Below the pieces are notes generated by a model, which was not told the DNA's origin, searched no databases, and saw nothing but the letters and a program-made list of their open reading frames with translations. Made by a program: the position numbers and the translations under genes. 64,000 nt of DNA, from assembly GCA_963757195.1 (NCBI GenBank), contig CAVWQG010000004.1:502044-566043 (forward strand), given 5' to 3'. This DNA is from an uncultured Alphaproteobacteria bacterium. Its GTDB lineage: Bacteria; Pseudomonadota; Alphaproteobacteria; Rhizobiales; Rhodomicrobiaceae. Below, one piece after another: positions 19,926 through 29,095 of this stretch (its first letter is position 1; every line of letters starts with the position of its first letter).

Positions 19926-20042
19926 GGCGCCCCGGCCTCAACCGGCGCACAGAAATCGCAACCGAGCGTTAGGGTAAAAACTATGCCACGCCTGTCTGTT
20001 GGCGCGGCGAGGGTTGCGTTTCGTCCCCTGAATTGGCGCCTC

Positions 20043-20098
20043 TTGACAAAGCCGATGTCGCGACGCACCTATGTTAATGTAACTTACATTTACATAGG
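20043..20098 (+). promoter_or_regulatory. promoter (-35 TTGACA) with 31-bp palindromic operator upstream of DUF2852 gene
   Basis: TTGACA 20043-20048; CCTATGTTAATGTAA-C-TTACATTTACATAGG 20068-20098 (15-bp arms, 1 mismatch). Confidence 0.7.
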
Positions 20099-20109
20099 GA
20101 GTTACGCAT

Positions 20110-20538
20110 ATGCACCTGGCCGAAAGGCTCGACGACATCGGCAAACCCGCATGGGTCGCGCTGACGATCGTTTCCTTCATCATCTGGTGGCCGATTGGGT
20201 TGGCCACCTTGGCTTTCTTATATTGGAGTGGACGCATGGGGTGTGGACATCACGGGCAAATGAGTTGGCAGGAGCGTCGCGAACGCTGGCGCGAGGCGCG
20301 CGACGAGTGGCGGGCCATGAAGCGCGGCGGCTATGGGATGATCGGGTCGAGCGGCAATGCCGCCTTCGACAATTATCGGGCCGAGACGCTGAAGCGCCTT
20401 GAGGACGAGCAGAAGGAGTTCACCGGCTTCCTGGACCGCTTGCGCCGCGCGAAAGACCAAGCCGAGTTCGATCAGTTCATGGCCGAACGCCGCAACAAGC
20501 CCGCAGACGAGAACAAGCCAGCGGGCGAGCCTTCATAG
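20110..20538 (+). CDS. DUF2852 protein
   Basis: LDDIGKPAWVAL..IWWPIGLATL, GNAAFDNYRAETLKRLEDEQKEF..LRRAKDQAEFDQFMAER. Confidence 0.92.
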   Translation: MHLAERLDDIGKPAWVALTIVSFIIWWPIGLATLAFLYWSGRMGCGHHGQMSWQERRERWREARDEWRAMKRGGYGMIGSSGNAAFDNYRAETLKRLEDEQKEFTGFLDRLRRAKDQAEFDQFMAERRNKPADENKPAGEPS

Positions 20539-20557
20539 GCTGCGCCAACGGCCGCCG

Positions 20558-20647
20558 CGGCCAAGCAAAGCGCGAGCCGGGTTCTAAAAAAGGGTAGCTG
20601 TTTGAATGTGTTAGGTCCCGGAAAAGGCTTCGCCTTTCCGGGACGAC
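20558..20647 (-). repeat. double-hairpin intergenic repeat (reverse)
   Basis: cggccaagcaaagcgcgagccggg ... tcccggaaaaggcttcgcctttccgggacgac. Confidence 0.8.
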
Positions 20648-20705
20648 GTCGCGCGGGGCGAGCGTCTTCCGGGGCAATCCGAAGGCCAAGCTTGGCGGCA
20701 CTTGG

Positions 20706-21440
20706 TTAGGCGCCGGGCGCGCCAAGGACCGTTTGCTCCGCGCTCCATGAGCCCGAAACCTTCTCCTTGGGTGCGGGAGCGTGAACAATGACCGTTCTGA
20801 CAAGCAGGAAGAGCACAGCGGCGTTGAAGAGATGCCAGAAGTAGTGCATCCCGATCGGAAGAACGCCGCACATAGGCATATCGAGGGTTCTCGCGGTGAA
20901 AGACAGCACGAAAAGGCCGGCGGCAGCGTAAAAGGCTCTGCCCGCGCTGGCGTTGCGCCGCCAGATTCCGGCGCCTGCGGCCATCAGGAAGACGAGCGTC
21001 GGCAAGTACATAGCTCCGCCCCAGAGGACTTTCTCGAACTCATCGGCCTCCAGGTAGAACGTGGCCGCAAAGAGAAGAAACGCCGCTGGCGCCTTCAGCC
21101 ACCACGGCCATTGGAAGAACGCCGTCAAAATCACCCAGCAATAGACGATCATGAAAATGAGGATCGGAATAACATCCGCCCATTCGGCCCAGCGGGTCGC
21201 ATAGATATGCCAAGTCAGGCTGCCGGCGCCCACCACCGCGATGATGATGCAGAGCACCCGGATCGCGCCGCCGAGCGCGGCATTCGGATGACGCTGCTGT
21301 AACCGCCAAGCCGCCCAGGCCGCGATGAAGAACGCGATATTAGAGACGGCGTTGAGCGGTTCCGCGTCCCAAGCGGCGCTCCCTCGCTCGCAATACATAT
21401 CGATCTGGCGGGTCATATCGCCGAACCAGGAACTCATCAT
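20706..21440 (-). CDS. ceramidase-domain (CREST superfamily) membrane hydrolase
   Basis: IDMYCER, EPLNAVSN, GSLTWH (SxxxH), WADVIP, HYFWH (HxxxH); about 7 TM. Confidence 0.8.
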   Translation of the reverse strand: MMSSWFGDMTRQIDMYCERGSAAWDAEPLNAVSNIAFFIAAWAAWRLQQRHPNAALGGAIRVLCIIIAVVGAGSLTWHIYATRWAEWADVIPILIFMIVYCWVILTAFFQWPWWLKAPAAFLLFAATFYLEADEFEKVLWGGAMYLPTLVFLMAAGAGIWRRNASAGRAFYAAAGLFVLSFTARTLDMPMCGVLPIGMHYFWHLFNAAVLFLLVRTVIVHAPAPKEKVSGSWSAEQTVLGAPGA

Positions 21441-21552
21441 GACGCAATCCCCCGCCGGCTTTGCCTTCCATCAGCGCTGGAGCTTTAGCTCAGGCTCCGA
21501 CGCTGAGCAACTACCAACGGGACATGGGCTTTTTACGGTTCATCTGAAACAC

Positions 21553-21581
21553 AAAAGCGGAGCGCGACGCGCTCCGCAAAA
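21553..21581 (-). terminator. intrinsic terminator
   Basis: GCGGAGCGC-gac-GCGCTCCGC flanked by A4 runs; gives stem plus TTTT on minus, just downstream of the gene ending 21602. Confidence 0.75.
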
Positions 21582-21601
21582 TCAGGCTCTAAGAGCGATC
21601 G

Positions 21602-22330
21602 TCATCTGAAGTCGCGACGCAGCCTCTCCAGAGCTTCGAAAGTTGGATAGCCGTCATCGCGCATCCCAACCCTGCGTTCCCAAGCGCTAAGAGCATCTCT
21701 CGATTCGTCGCCAAAAACCCCGTCAGGGTGAACGTTGTAACCTGCGCGACTTAACAGGTGCTGCATCTCACGAACCTCTTGAGGGTTGAGGTCTCTCGCC
21801 TCGATACGCTCATCCCTTCTCTCCGCGGCACGCTCTTCGTGTCTCTCTTCCCTGATGGCTTCCCTTCTTTCCTCGTGCCTTTCCTCGACACGGCGGAAAT
21901 CGTCGGGCAGATTCTGGTCATCGAGCGACGCCAGGCGCTCAACTTGCGCTTTTTGGGGTTCGCCCATGTCAGACGCACAGGGGTAGGCAGAAATCGTGCA
22001 GCGTTCCGTGCCGCTAACCGCGCCCTTCACGCAGAGAACGTTTTTGCAGGCCGCGAATTTCAAATCTTGGAATCGCTCGCCATACTTCGTCAAAACTTCG
22101 CGCTGCCAGGAAGCCTCGGCAATGCTGGATGCCTTACGGAACACACCGAAGCTCAGTTCGCCGGAGGCCTGAATCCGTTCCCTCTGGCAGCCTTTGGGCA
22201 GTTCAGGCAAAAACGGCCATACATTTGGCGGCGGACCGTCACAAAGTGGCGCCGCGCTCGATGGCGCGGAAAAGCTCCCCAAAGTCACGCTCGCGGCAAG
22301 AACACACAACAATCGAAATCCTACCTTCAT
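21602..22330 (-). CDS. secreted Cys-rich protein with C-terminal peptidoglycan-binding domain
   Basis: Signal peptide; six Cys; C-terminal VREMQHLLSRAGYNVHPDGVFGDESRDALSAWERRVGMRDDG (PG_binding_1-like). Confidence 0.8.
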   Translation of the reverse strand: MKVGFRLLCVLAASVTLGSFSAPSSAAPLCDGPPPNVWPFLPELPKGCQRERIQASGELSFGVFRKASSIAEASWQREVLTKYGERFQDLKFAACKNVLCVKGAVSGTERCTISAYPCASDMGEPQKAQVERLASLDDQNLPDDFRRVEERHEERREAIREERHEERAAERRDERIEARDLNPQEVREMQHLLSRAGYNVHPDGVFGDESRDALSAWERRVGMRDDGYPTFEALERLRRDFR

Positions 22331-22785
22331 AATCACCCCTCCGTCCGTTTCGAAACAAAAAAGCGGCCTGCAACGCATCAATGAGATTGCCTCGGCGCGC
22401 GATACTTAGTTTTGTGCTCCTCTGTGAGCACAGGCTGGGCGGTTGAATTGCACCTGAGATCCTTTACTGGCAGGCATTCAAGCGGACGAAAATTGCACAG
22501 TCAAGGAAGCATTAACGATTGTTAACGACCTGGGGATTCGGTGTCACTACTGTGTCCGAACCTCCCGATTTGTTCAGCCTGAGATCAGCTTCATTTTTTG
22601 GGATGGACCGCGCTCGCTCCGCTGTATTGATCTGCAATAAATCGTGAGTTGCGCGACTGCGAGAGAATCACGAGTATAAAATCAGTATCCCCTAAGATGC
22701 TTTCCCCATAAGCCAGAAGCTGAACCTCGCTCTATCCCCATAGAGCGAGGTCTTTTGCTTTCCGGTACAATAAAGCGTTTAGGGG

Positions 22786-23001
22786 CTAAGTCCGCACACT
22801 GCGCCGAGAAGCAAAAGTGTTTCTCCCGCGGCGCTCGTCTTTGGAAAGTTCACGCAATGGCGTGGCGGCTTCTGCGAGCGCCTCGTTCTGTTGATACCAG
22901 TCGTCGGCGCAGGCCACACAGCAAAACCGGCGCCCTGCAAGAGTGATATACTCAAATTCGACGACTTCACCGGAGCAAAAAACGTTGTCGCATAGGACCA
23001 T
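22786..23001 (-). CDS. small Cys-rich metal-binding protein (TRASH/MYM-like)
   Basis: RBS GGGAGAG 5 nt before ATG; CDNVFC...RFCCVAC. Confidence 0.6.
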   Translation of the reverse strand: MVLCDNVFCSGEVVEFEYITLAGRRFCCVACADDWYQQNEALAEAATPLRELSKDERRGRNTFASRRSVRT

Positions 23002-23316
23002 GTCGTCTCTCCCGTTGTGCGCGCGTACGCTAAACAAGAGACTGGCTCTAGAACAGCCCGCGCGGACGCGGGTAGATGCTCTAGCACGTTAGAATCGATG
23101 GGCTTTTCTGTCCTTAATCGATTCCGGTCTGGGCTCGCGCTCTATACCTCGAATCAGGCAGGTAATATTATAGCGGATATCGCGGCGCTTTTCGAAATAG
23201 ACGCTCCCGCTTGGGCGCTGCTTTGGATGCGCCGAGCGTTATTTGCTTTATTTGAATGCGATTTTTCCCCGTGGAGCAAGTTTGACATTCGAGTCCCGTC
23301 TGCGCCAGGAGTCTAG

Positions 23317-24195
23317 CTAGAGGAATGCCGCAACTTCACTTCGAGCCGGAATAGCGGAGCGCCCTCCAAAGCGCGAGCATTTTATGGAGGCGGCGGCGTT
23401 CGCAAAGCGCACCGCCTGCCTTGGTTCCTGCCCCTCCAAAAGAGCGACGGCAAGCGCTCCGTGCCAGACGTCGCCGGCTCCGTTCGTATCGACGGCGGGG
23501 ACGTCCAATGCGGGCTCATGCGCGAGGCTGCCATTTTCCGTAAACCAGGCGCCGTTCGCCCCGTCGGTAACCGCCAGCCAGCCCGGCCCCTGAGTTTGGC
23601 GCGAAGCCAACGCTTCTTGCAGGTTCTCAATGCCCGACTGTTCGCGCAAGCCCCGCGCCGAGAACCCGATATGCGTCGCGCTTGCCAAGATGCGCGGCGA
23701 TGTTTGACGATCCGCATCGAGGATCGCAGGCTTTCCAGCTTCGCGGGCGAGACGAAAAAAGTGCTCTGTCCCAGCTGCCCAGTGATGGTCGCCCAGGACG
23801 CCATCGATCTCGGCCGGCAGCTTTTGTGGAAGCCAGTCTGTACCGCTGTCGATGCCGGGGTCCTTGAAGTTGACGAGCATTCTTTCGCCGCTTCGGTCGA
23901 TCATGACGGCGGAGACGGAGGACTGGCGGCCAGCGCACTTTCGAACCAGCGTGCAGTCGACGCCCTCTTTTTCCAGCTCATCGATGATGGCGGCGCCGAA
24001 GATGTCATCGCCGACACGCGCGGCCAAGGCCACGTCTAGCCCTAACCGCCTCGCGGTTACAGCAGCGGTTGCCGCCGTTCCGCCTCCGCGCAGGGCGAAG
24101 CTTTTCGCCCTGTATTTCTCTGCCGCGGCCGGAAGCTCATCCATGGTGTAAACGCAGTCCATGACTGCCGCGCCGACGACGAGAAGTTTTGGCAT
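23317..24195 (-). CDS. PfkB-family sugar kinase (YihV-like)
   Basis: GGTAATAA, VDTNGAGDVWHG, ANAAASIKC. Confidence 0.9.
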   Translation of the reverse strand: MPKLLVVGAAVMDCVYTMDELPAAAEKYRAKSFALRGGGTAATAAVTARRLGLDVALAARVGDDIFGAAIIDELEKEGVDCTLVRKCAGRQSSVSAVMIDRSGERMLVNFKDPGIDSGTDWLPQKLPAEIDGVLGDHHWAAGTEHFFRLAREAGKPAILDADRQTSPRILASATHIGFSARGLREQSGIENLQEALASRQTQGPGWLAVTDGANGAWFTENGSLAHEPALDVPAVDTNGAGDVWHGALAVALLEGQEPRQAVRFANAAASIKCSRFGGRSAIPARSEVAAFL

Positions 24196-24420
24196 TCAAA
24201 CCCCGGCTTTTTGCTGATGCGCTCTGGCAAACATTAGATCGAAATTCGCAAAATCAGAACGGGTTGCGACGCAGCGCTGCGGCAAAGCCTTGGCATCCCG
24301 GAACGGCGCTTGCGCCGTGTCAAAAGGCGTTCCGATTTGTAACGGCCCCGGACATGCGCCCAGGCACATTCCGGGGCGACGATCATCGAGACCGCCCGCG
24401 TCCGATCAAACGCGCGTTGC

Positions 24421-27400
24421 TCAGCCGATATGCACAACGCCGGGCAGCGTTTTCAGCGCGGAGAGCTGCCGGGTCGATATTGAGAAGTTGTTCCCAAGCA
24501 GGATTTCCACGGCCTTGCTCGCCTCGCGCAGTTCGACCACCAGCTTCAGTTCGAGCGAGCCGTCGCGGCTTAGATGCTTCAGGAGATCGCCAACCTGGAG
24601 TTTCTCCGTCGCGGTGATCGACATCTGCCGCGTGCCCTTGCCGAAAACCTCATCGAGCGTTTGCACGGTCTGGACGCGGACCTTGATCGCCTCCCCTTCC
24701 GCTTCGCCCTCGACCTGGATCAGCACGTTCTTGCCCGCTTCGAGCTTGTCCCCTGCCGACGCCAGCGTATCGGCAAAAATCACGGCCTCGAATTGTCCCG
24801 TGGGATCGGAAAAGCCTGCAAAAGCAAAGCGGTTCCCGGATTTCGCCTTGCGGTCTTGCTTGTAGGTGACGGTCGCGGCGAGGCGTGCTTCGGCGCGGCC
24901 ATGGGCTTCGGCGCGGGCGGCGAAATCGGTCCAGCGCATGACGTTCAGGCGCGAAAGCTGATCGGCGACGTCATCCAGCGGATGCCCCGAGAGGTAGAAG
25001 CCCGCTGCCGCAAGCTCGTTGTCGAGCTTTTCAAGCAAGCCCCAGGCCGGGGCATCCGCCAAATCGAGCGGATGGGCGGCTTGCCCGGATGAGGCGGCTC
25101 CGAACATATCCACCTGACCCGCCGCGCGGTCCTGGGCGATGCGCGCGCCGAACTCGATAAGGCGCTCCACGTTTTTTGCCACCTTGGCCCGGTTCTTCTC
25201 CAGATCCTCAAGCGCGCCCGCCGCGTTCAGCGTTTCAATCGCGCGCTTGTTCACGGCCTTCGGACTGACCCGTGACATGAAATCGGCAAGATCGCGAAAC
25301 GCTTTGTCCCCGCGCTCCTCGACGATGGTGGCGGCGGCCGCGTGTCCCATGTTTTTCAGTGCGGCAAGGGCATAGCGTATATCGCGGCCCTCCGGCTCGA
25401 AATCGACCGCCGATTTGTTCACCGAAGGCGGCAGGATCGCGATGCCGTGCTGCTTCGCCTCGCGCGTGTAGCTGTACAGCTTGTCGGTGTTGCCCATGTC
25501 GAGCGTCATGGACGCGGCGAGAAACTCCTGGCAGTGGTTCGCCTTGAGGTACGCCGTCTGATAGGCGATCAGCGCATAGGCAGCGGCGTGGCTCTTGTTG
25601 AAGCCGTAGCCTGCGAACTTCGCCACAAGTTCGAAGATGTAGCGCGCCCGGGCCTCCTCGATGCCCTTCTCCATTGCGCCTTTCACGAAGTGCGCGCCCT
25701 GGGCGTCCATCTCGGCCTTGATCTTCTTGCCCATGGCGCGGCGCAACAGGTCGGCTTCGCCGAGGCTGTAGCCGGACAGCACTTGCGCGAGCTGCATCAC
25801 CTGCTCCTGGTAGATGATGACGCCGTAGGTCTCTTCCAGGATCGGCTTGGCGAGCGGATGCAGGTAATCCGGTTCTTCTATGCCGTGCTTGCGGTTGATA
25901 AAGGTCTCGATGTTGTCCATCGGGCCGGGGCGATAAAGCGCGTTGATAGCGACGATGTCGCCGAAGCGGTCGGGCTTCAGCTTGCGAAGCGCCTCGCGCA
26001 TGCCCGTACTTTCGAGCTGGAACACGCCGCCGGTATCGCCTTTCGCAATCAGCTCATAAGTGGCCGGATCGTCGAGCGGGAGTGCGCCCAGTTCGATGGG
26101 CCTGCCCGCCTTCTCCAAAAGCGCGCACGCCTTTTGCAGCACCGTCAGCGTTTTAAGGCCCAGGAAGTCGAACTTCACAAGCCCCGCCTGCTCGACCCAC
26201 TTCATATTGAACTGGGTCACCAGCATATCTGAGCGCGGATCGCGGTAGAGCGGGACCAGTTCGACCAGCGGCCGGTCGCCGATGACGACGCCCGCGGCGT
26301 GCGTGGAGGCGTGGCGGTAAAGCCCCTCCAGCTGTTGCGCCGTGTTGAGAAGCTGCTTCACGATTGGCTCGCGGTCTCGGGCCTCCTGCAGCTGGGGTTC
26401 GCCTTCGATGGCCTGGGCGAGCGTCACCGGGTTCGCGGGGTTGTTCGGCACCATCTTGCAGAGCCGGTCAACCTGCCCATAGGGCATTTGCAGAACGCGG
26501 CCCACGTCGCGGAGCACGGCGCGCGCTTGCAGCTTTCCGAAGGTGATGATCTGCGCAACCCGGTCCGCGCCGTATTTCTGGCGGACATAGGCGATCACCT
26601 CGTCGCGCCTGTCCTGGCAGAAGTCGATGTCGAAGTCCGGCATCGAGACGCGCTCGGGGTTGAGGAAGCGCTCGAAGAGAAGCCCGAAGCGCATCGGATC
26701 GAGGTCCGTGATAGTCAGCGACCAGGCCACGACCGACCCTGCGCCCGATCCGCGGCCCGGCCCGACGGGGATGCCTTGCGCCTTTGTCCATTTGATGAAG
26801 TCGGACACGATCAGGAAGTAGCCCGGAAACTTCATGCGGGTGATGACATCGAGTTCGAAGGCGAGGCGCTTCTTGTAGTCCTCCTCGCTTGCCCCGCGCA
26901 GATGCTCCGGGATCGCGGCGAGACGGCGGGCGAGTCCCGCTTCGGCCTGTGCCTTCAACTCGGCGGCTTCGGCCGCTGCGGTGTCTTCCACGCCGGGCAC
27001 GAAGCTTGGCAGAATCGGCTTGCGGGGCCGCGGGCGGAAGGCGCAGCGCTTGGCGATCTCGACCGTGTTCTCAATCGTCTCCGGCAGATCGGCAAACAAA
27101 GCCGCCATCTCGCTTTGTGACTTGAGATAATGCTCGGGCGACAGGCGGCGCCGGTCGTCCTCCGCCACGTAGCGTCCTTCCGCGATGCACAGAAGCGCGT
27201 CGTGGGCGTCGAAAACATCGCGCTTTTTGAAATAGGCTTCGTTCGCAGCGACGAGCGGCACGCCATGGTCATAAGCCCAGCGCAGAAGCTGAGGCTCAAC
27301 CGCGCGCTCGCGCGGCAAGCCGTGCCGCTGGATCTCGATATAAAACCGGTCGCCAAAGATCGATGCCAGCGCGGAGAGCCGCGACTCGGCCAAAGGCGCG

Positions 27401-27870
27401 TTCCCGGCAGCATATGCTTTGTCGGCCGGTCCGTCGGGACCGCCCGACAGCGCGATCAGGCCTTCCGCGCATTCCTCAAGCTGCGCCAGCGTCACATGCG
27501 GCGCGCCTTCAGCCGCGTGATCGAGGAAAGCCTGGCTGGAAAGGCGCATCAGGTTCAAGTACCCGGCTGCATCCTTTGACAGCAAAACTATGGAGCCGTG
27601 ATGTGCGGCGCGCGTTCCGGGGCGCGGGCTTTCATCGGCGGCTAGCGGAAAAGCGACCGTCAGCGTGCATCCGAGGATCGGCTGAACCCCTTCGGCGGCG
27701 AGCGCCTCGGAAAATTCGAGCGCGCCGAAAAGATTGTTCCTGTCGGTGATGGCGAGGGCGGGCTGGCCGTCGGCGGCGGCAAGTTTCGCCAAAGCCTTGA
27801 CCGGCAGCGCGCCTTCCAGCAGCGAGTAGGCGGAATGGACGTGAAGGTGAATAAAGGTGGGCTTCGTCAT
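24421..27870 (-). CDS. dnaE: DNA polymerase III alpha subunit
   Basis: FIHLHVHSAYSLLEG (PHP), GPGRGSGAGS, RVSMPDFDIDF, FNKSHAAAY. Confidence 0.98.
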   Translation of the reverse strand: MTKPTFIHLHVHSAYSLLEGALPVKALAKLAAADGQPALAITDRNNLFGALEFSEALAAEGVQPILGCTLTVAFPLAADESPRPGTRAAHHGSIVLLSKDAAGYLNLMRLSSQAFLDHAAEGAPHVTLAQLEECAEGLIALSGGPDGPADKAYAAGNAPLAESRLSALASIFGDRFYIEIQRHGLPRERAVEPQLLRWAYDHGVPLVAANEAYFKKRDVFDAHDALLCIAEGRYVAEDDRRRLSPEHYLKSQSEMAALFADLPETIENTVEIAKRCAFRPRPRKPILPSFVPGVEDTAAAEAAELKAQAEAGLARRLAAIPEHLRGASEEDYKKRLAFELDVITRMKFPGYFLIVSDFIKWTKAQGIPVGPGRGSGAGSVVAWSLTITDLDPMRFGLLFERFLNPERVSMPDFDIDFCQDRRDEVIAYVRQKYGADRVAQIITFGKLQARAVLRDVGRVLQMPYGQVDRLCKMVPNNPANPVTLAQAIEGEPQLQEARDREPIVKQLLNTAQQLEGLYRHASTHAAGVVIGDRPLVELVPLYRDPRSDMLVTQFNMKWVEQAGLVKFDFLGLKTLTVLQKACALLEKAGRPIELGALPLDDPATYELIAKGDTGGVFQLESTGMREALRKLKPDRFGDIVAINALYRPGPMDNIETFINRKHGIEEPDYLHPLAKPILEETYGVIIYQEQVMQLAQVLSGYSLGEADLLRRAMGKKIKAEMDAQGAHFVKGAMEKGIEEARARYIFELVAKFAGYGFNKSHAAAYALIAYQTAYLKANHCQEFLAASMTLDMGNTDKLYSYTREAKQHGIAILPPSVNKSAVDFEPEGRDIRYALAALKNMGHAAAATIVEERGDKAFRDLADFMSRVSPKAVNKRAIETLNAAGALEDLEKNRAKVAKNVERLIEFGARIAQDRAAGQVDMFGAASSGQAAHPLDLADAPAWGLLEKLDNELAAAGFYLSGHPLDDVADQLSRLNVMRWTDFAARAEAHGRAEARLAATVTYKQDRKAKSGNRFAFAGFSDPTGQFEAVIFADTLASAGDKLEAGKNVLIQVEGEAEGEAIKVRVQTVQTLDEVFGKGTRQMSITATEKLQVGDLLKHLSRDGSLELKLVVELREASKAVEILLGNNFSISTRQLSALKTLPGVVHIG

Positions 27871-27993
27871 CAGCTCCCGCGCGGTCGTTTGAGCCGAAGC
27901 GGAAGATAGCGTGCGCAGCGCCGATTCGGCAGGGATGGCGGCCGAGTTATCCCGCCCTTAGCGCCCGAAATCATAGATCCGCGAAACGTCAAA

Positions 27994-28204
27994 CCCCTCA
28001 CCCCCACCCTCTCCCGGCGAACTCGCCTTGGCGAGCTTGCAACTTAAGATGACCGCATCCGCCAGCGGATGCGGTTGGGAGAGGGAGTATGCTTGCGCTT
28101 GCAACGCCGTTCCTTCTCCAATCCGCATCCGCTAGCGGATGCGGCTGCTCAGAGAAGCAAGCTCGCCTTGGCGAGCTTGCGCGGGAGAAGGACAGGATGA
28201 GGGG
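27994..28204 (-). repeat. BoxC-like CCCTCACCC..CTCCC/GGGAGAGG element with both loops expanded by nested palindromes
   Basis: Outer arms match 40608-40705 in reverse; inserts ctcgccttggcgagcttgc and ccgcatccgcYagcggatgcgg each occur twice. Confidence 0.85.
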
Positions 28205-28229
28205 CATGCTGGATGACGTATGCGTCAGT

Positions 28230-28997
28230 CTAGCCGAAAGACGATGACGCTGCGTGAGCCGCTTCGGGTTTGGCCGCGCCGGGCTTTTGGCCCACCTCGA
28301 TAAGAAGGCCTTCATTGAGTTGTAGAATGCGATCCATGCGCGCGGCGAGATCGAAATTATGGGTTGCGATCAGGGCGGCCACGCCGGTCGCGCGGATGAA
28401 ATAGGTCAACTCCTCGAAAACCCGGTCGGCTGTGTGAGGATCGAGGTTCCCCGTCGGCTCGTCCGCCAGAAGGACGCTCGGGCTGTTGGCGACGGCTCGC
28501 GCGATCGCCACGCGCTGCTGCTCGCCGCCCGATAACTCGGGCGGGCGGTGCGACGTGCGCTCCTCAAGCCCGAAATTTGTCAGAAGCTCCAGCGCCCGCG
28601 CTTTCGCATCCTTTTTCCGCACGCCCGCCAGAAGCTGGGGCATCATCACATTCTCAAGGGCCGAGAACTCGGGCAGCAGGTTGTGAAACTGGTAGACGAA
28701 CCCGATCTCTGTCCGCCGGACGCGGGTGCGATCCTTATCGGAGAGTGAGGTGCAATCGACGCCGTTCAGGATCACACTCCCGCCACCGGGCTTTTCAAGA
28801 AGACCGGCAATGTGAAGGAGTGACGACTTACCGGAACCGGAGGGACCGACAAGCGCGACGGCCTCGCCATCGTAAATATCGGCGCACGCCCCACGCAGGA
28901 TCTGAAGCACGCGATCGCCTTGGGAAAAAGTGCGCTCAAGCCCGACGATCTGAAGGACAGGCTTCGTCCCCGCGAAATCGCGCATCATTTTGGTCAT
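28230..28997 (-). CDS. lolD: lipoprotein-releasing ABC ATPase
   Basis: [31 protein letters not shown]; downstream of lolC/E. Confidence 0.92.
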   Translation of the reverse strand: MTKMMRDFAGTKPVLQIVGLERTFSQGDRVLQILRGACADIYDGEAVALVGPSGSGKSSLLHIAGLLEKPGGGSVILNGVDCTSLSDKDRTRVRRTEIGFVYQFHNLLPEFSALENVMMPQLLAGVRKKDAKARALELLTNFGLEERTSHRPPELSGGEQQRVAIARAVANSPSVLLADEPTGNLDPHTADRVFEELTYFIRATGVAALIATHNFDLAARMDRILQLNEGLLIEVGQKPGAAKPEAAHAASSSFG

Positions 28998-29095
28998 GCC
29001 GCCTCCGCTCGATTGCGCTTGCCGTTCAGCAACTCGAAGCCCTTCTCTATCGCCCTAAACGTGCCTGTTCCTTTTCGCCGAAAGCCGCCAGCGTC

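Noticed and set aside
22512-22525. TTAA-N6-TTAA (also 51677-51690) and TTAA-N8-TTAA (52459-52474) as CtrA boxes
   Set aside because: Spacing differs from the N7 consensus; not claimed without data
23288-23307. tRNA 3'-end-like TTCGAGTCCCGTCTGCGCCA
   Set aside because: The upstream bases (TGACA) cannot pair with CCCGT to form a T-stem; no cloverleaf
23317-24195. Sulfoglycolysis cluster
   Set aside because: Only a YihV-like PfkB kinase is present; no isomerase, aldolase or transporter nearby
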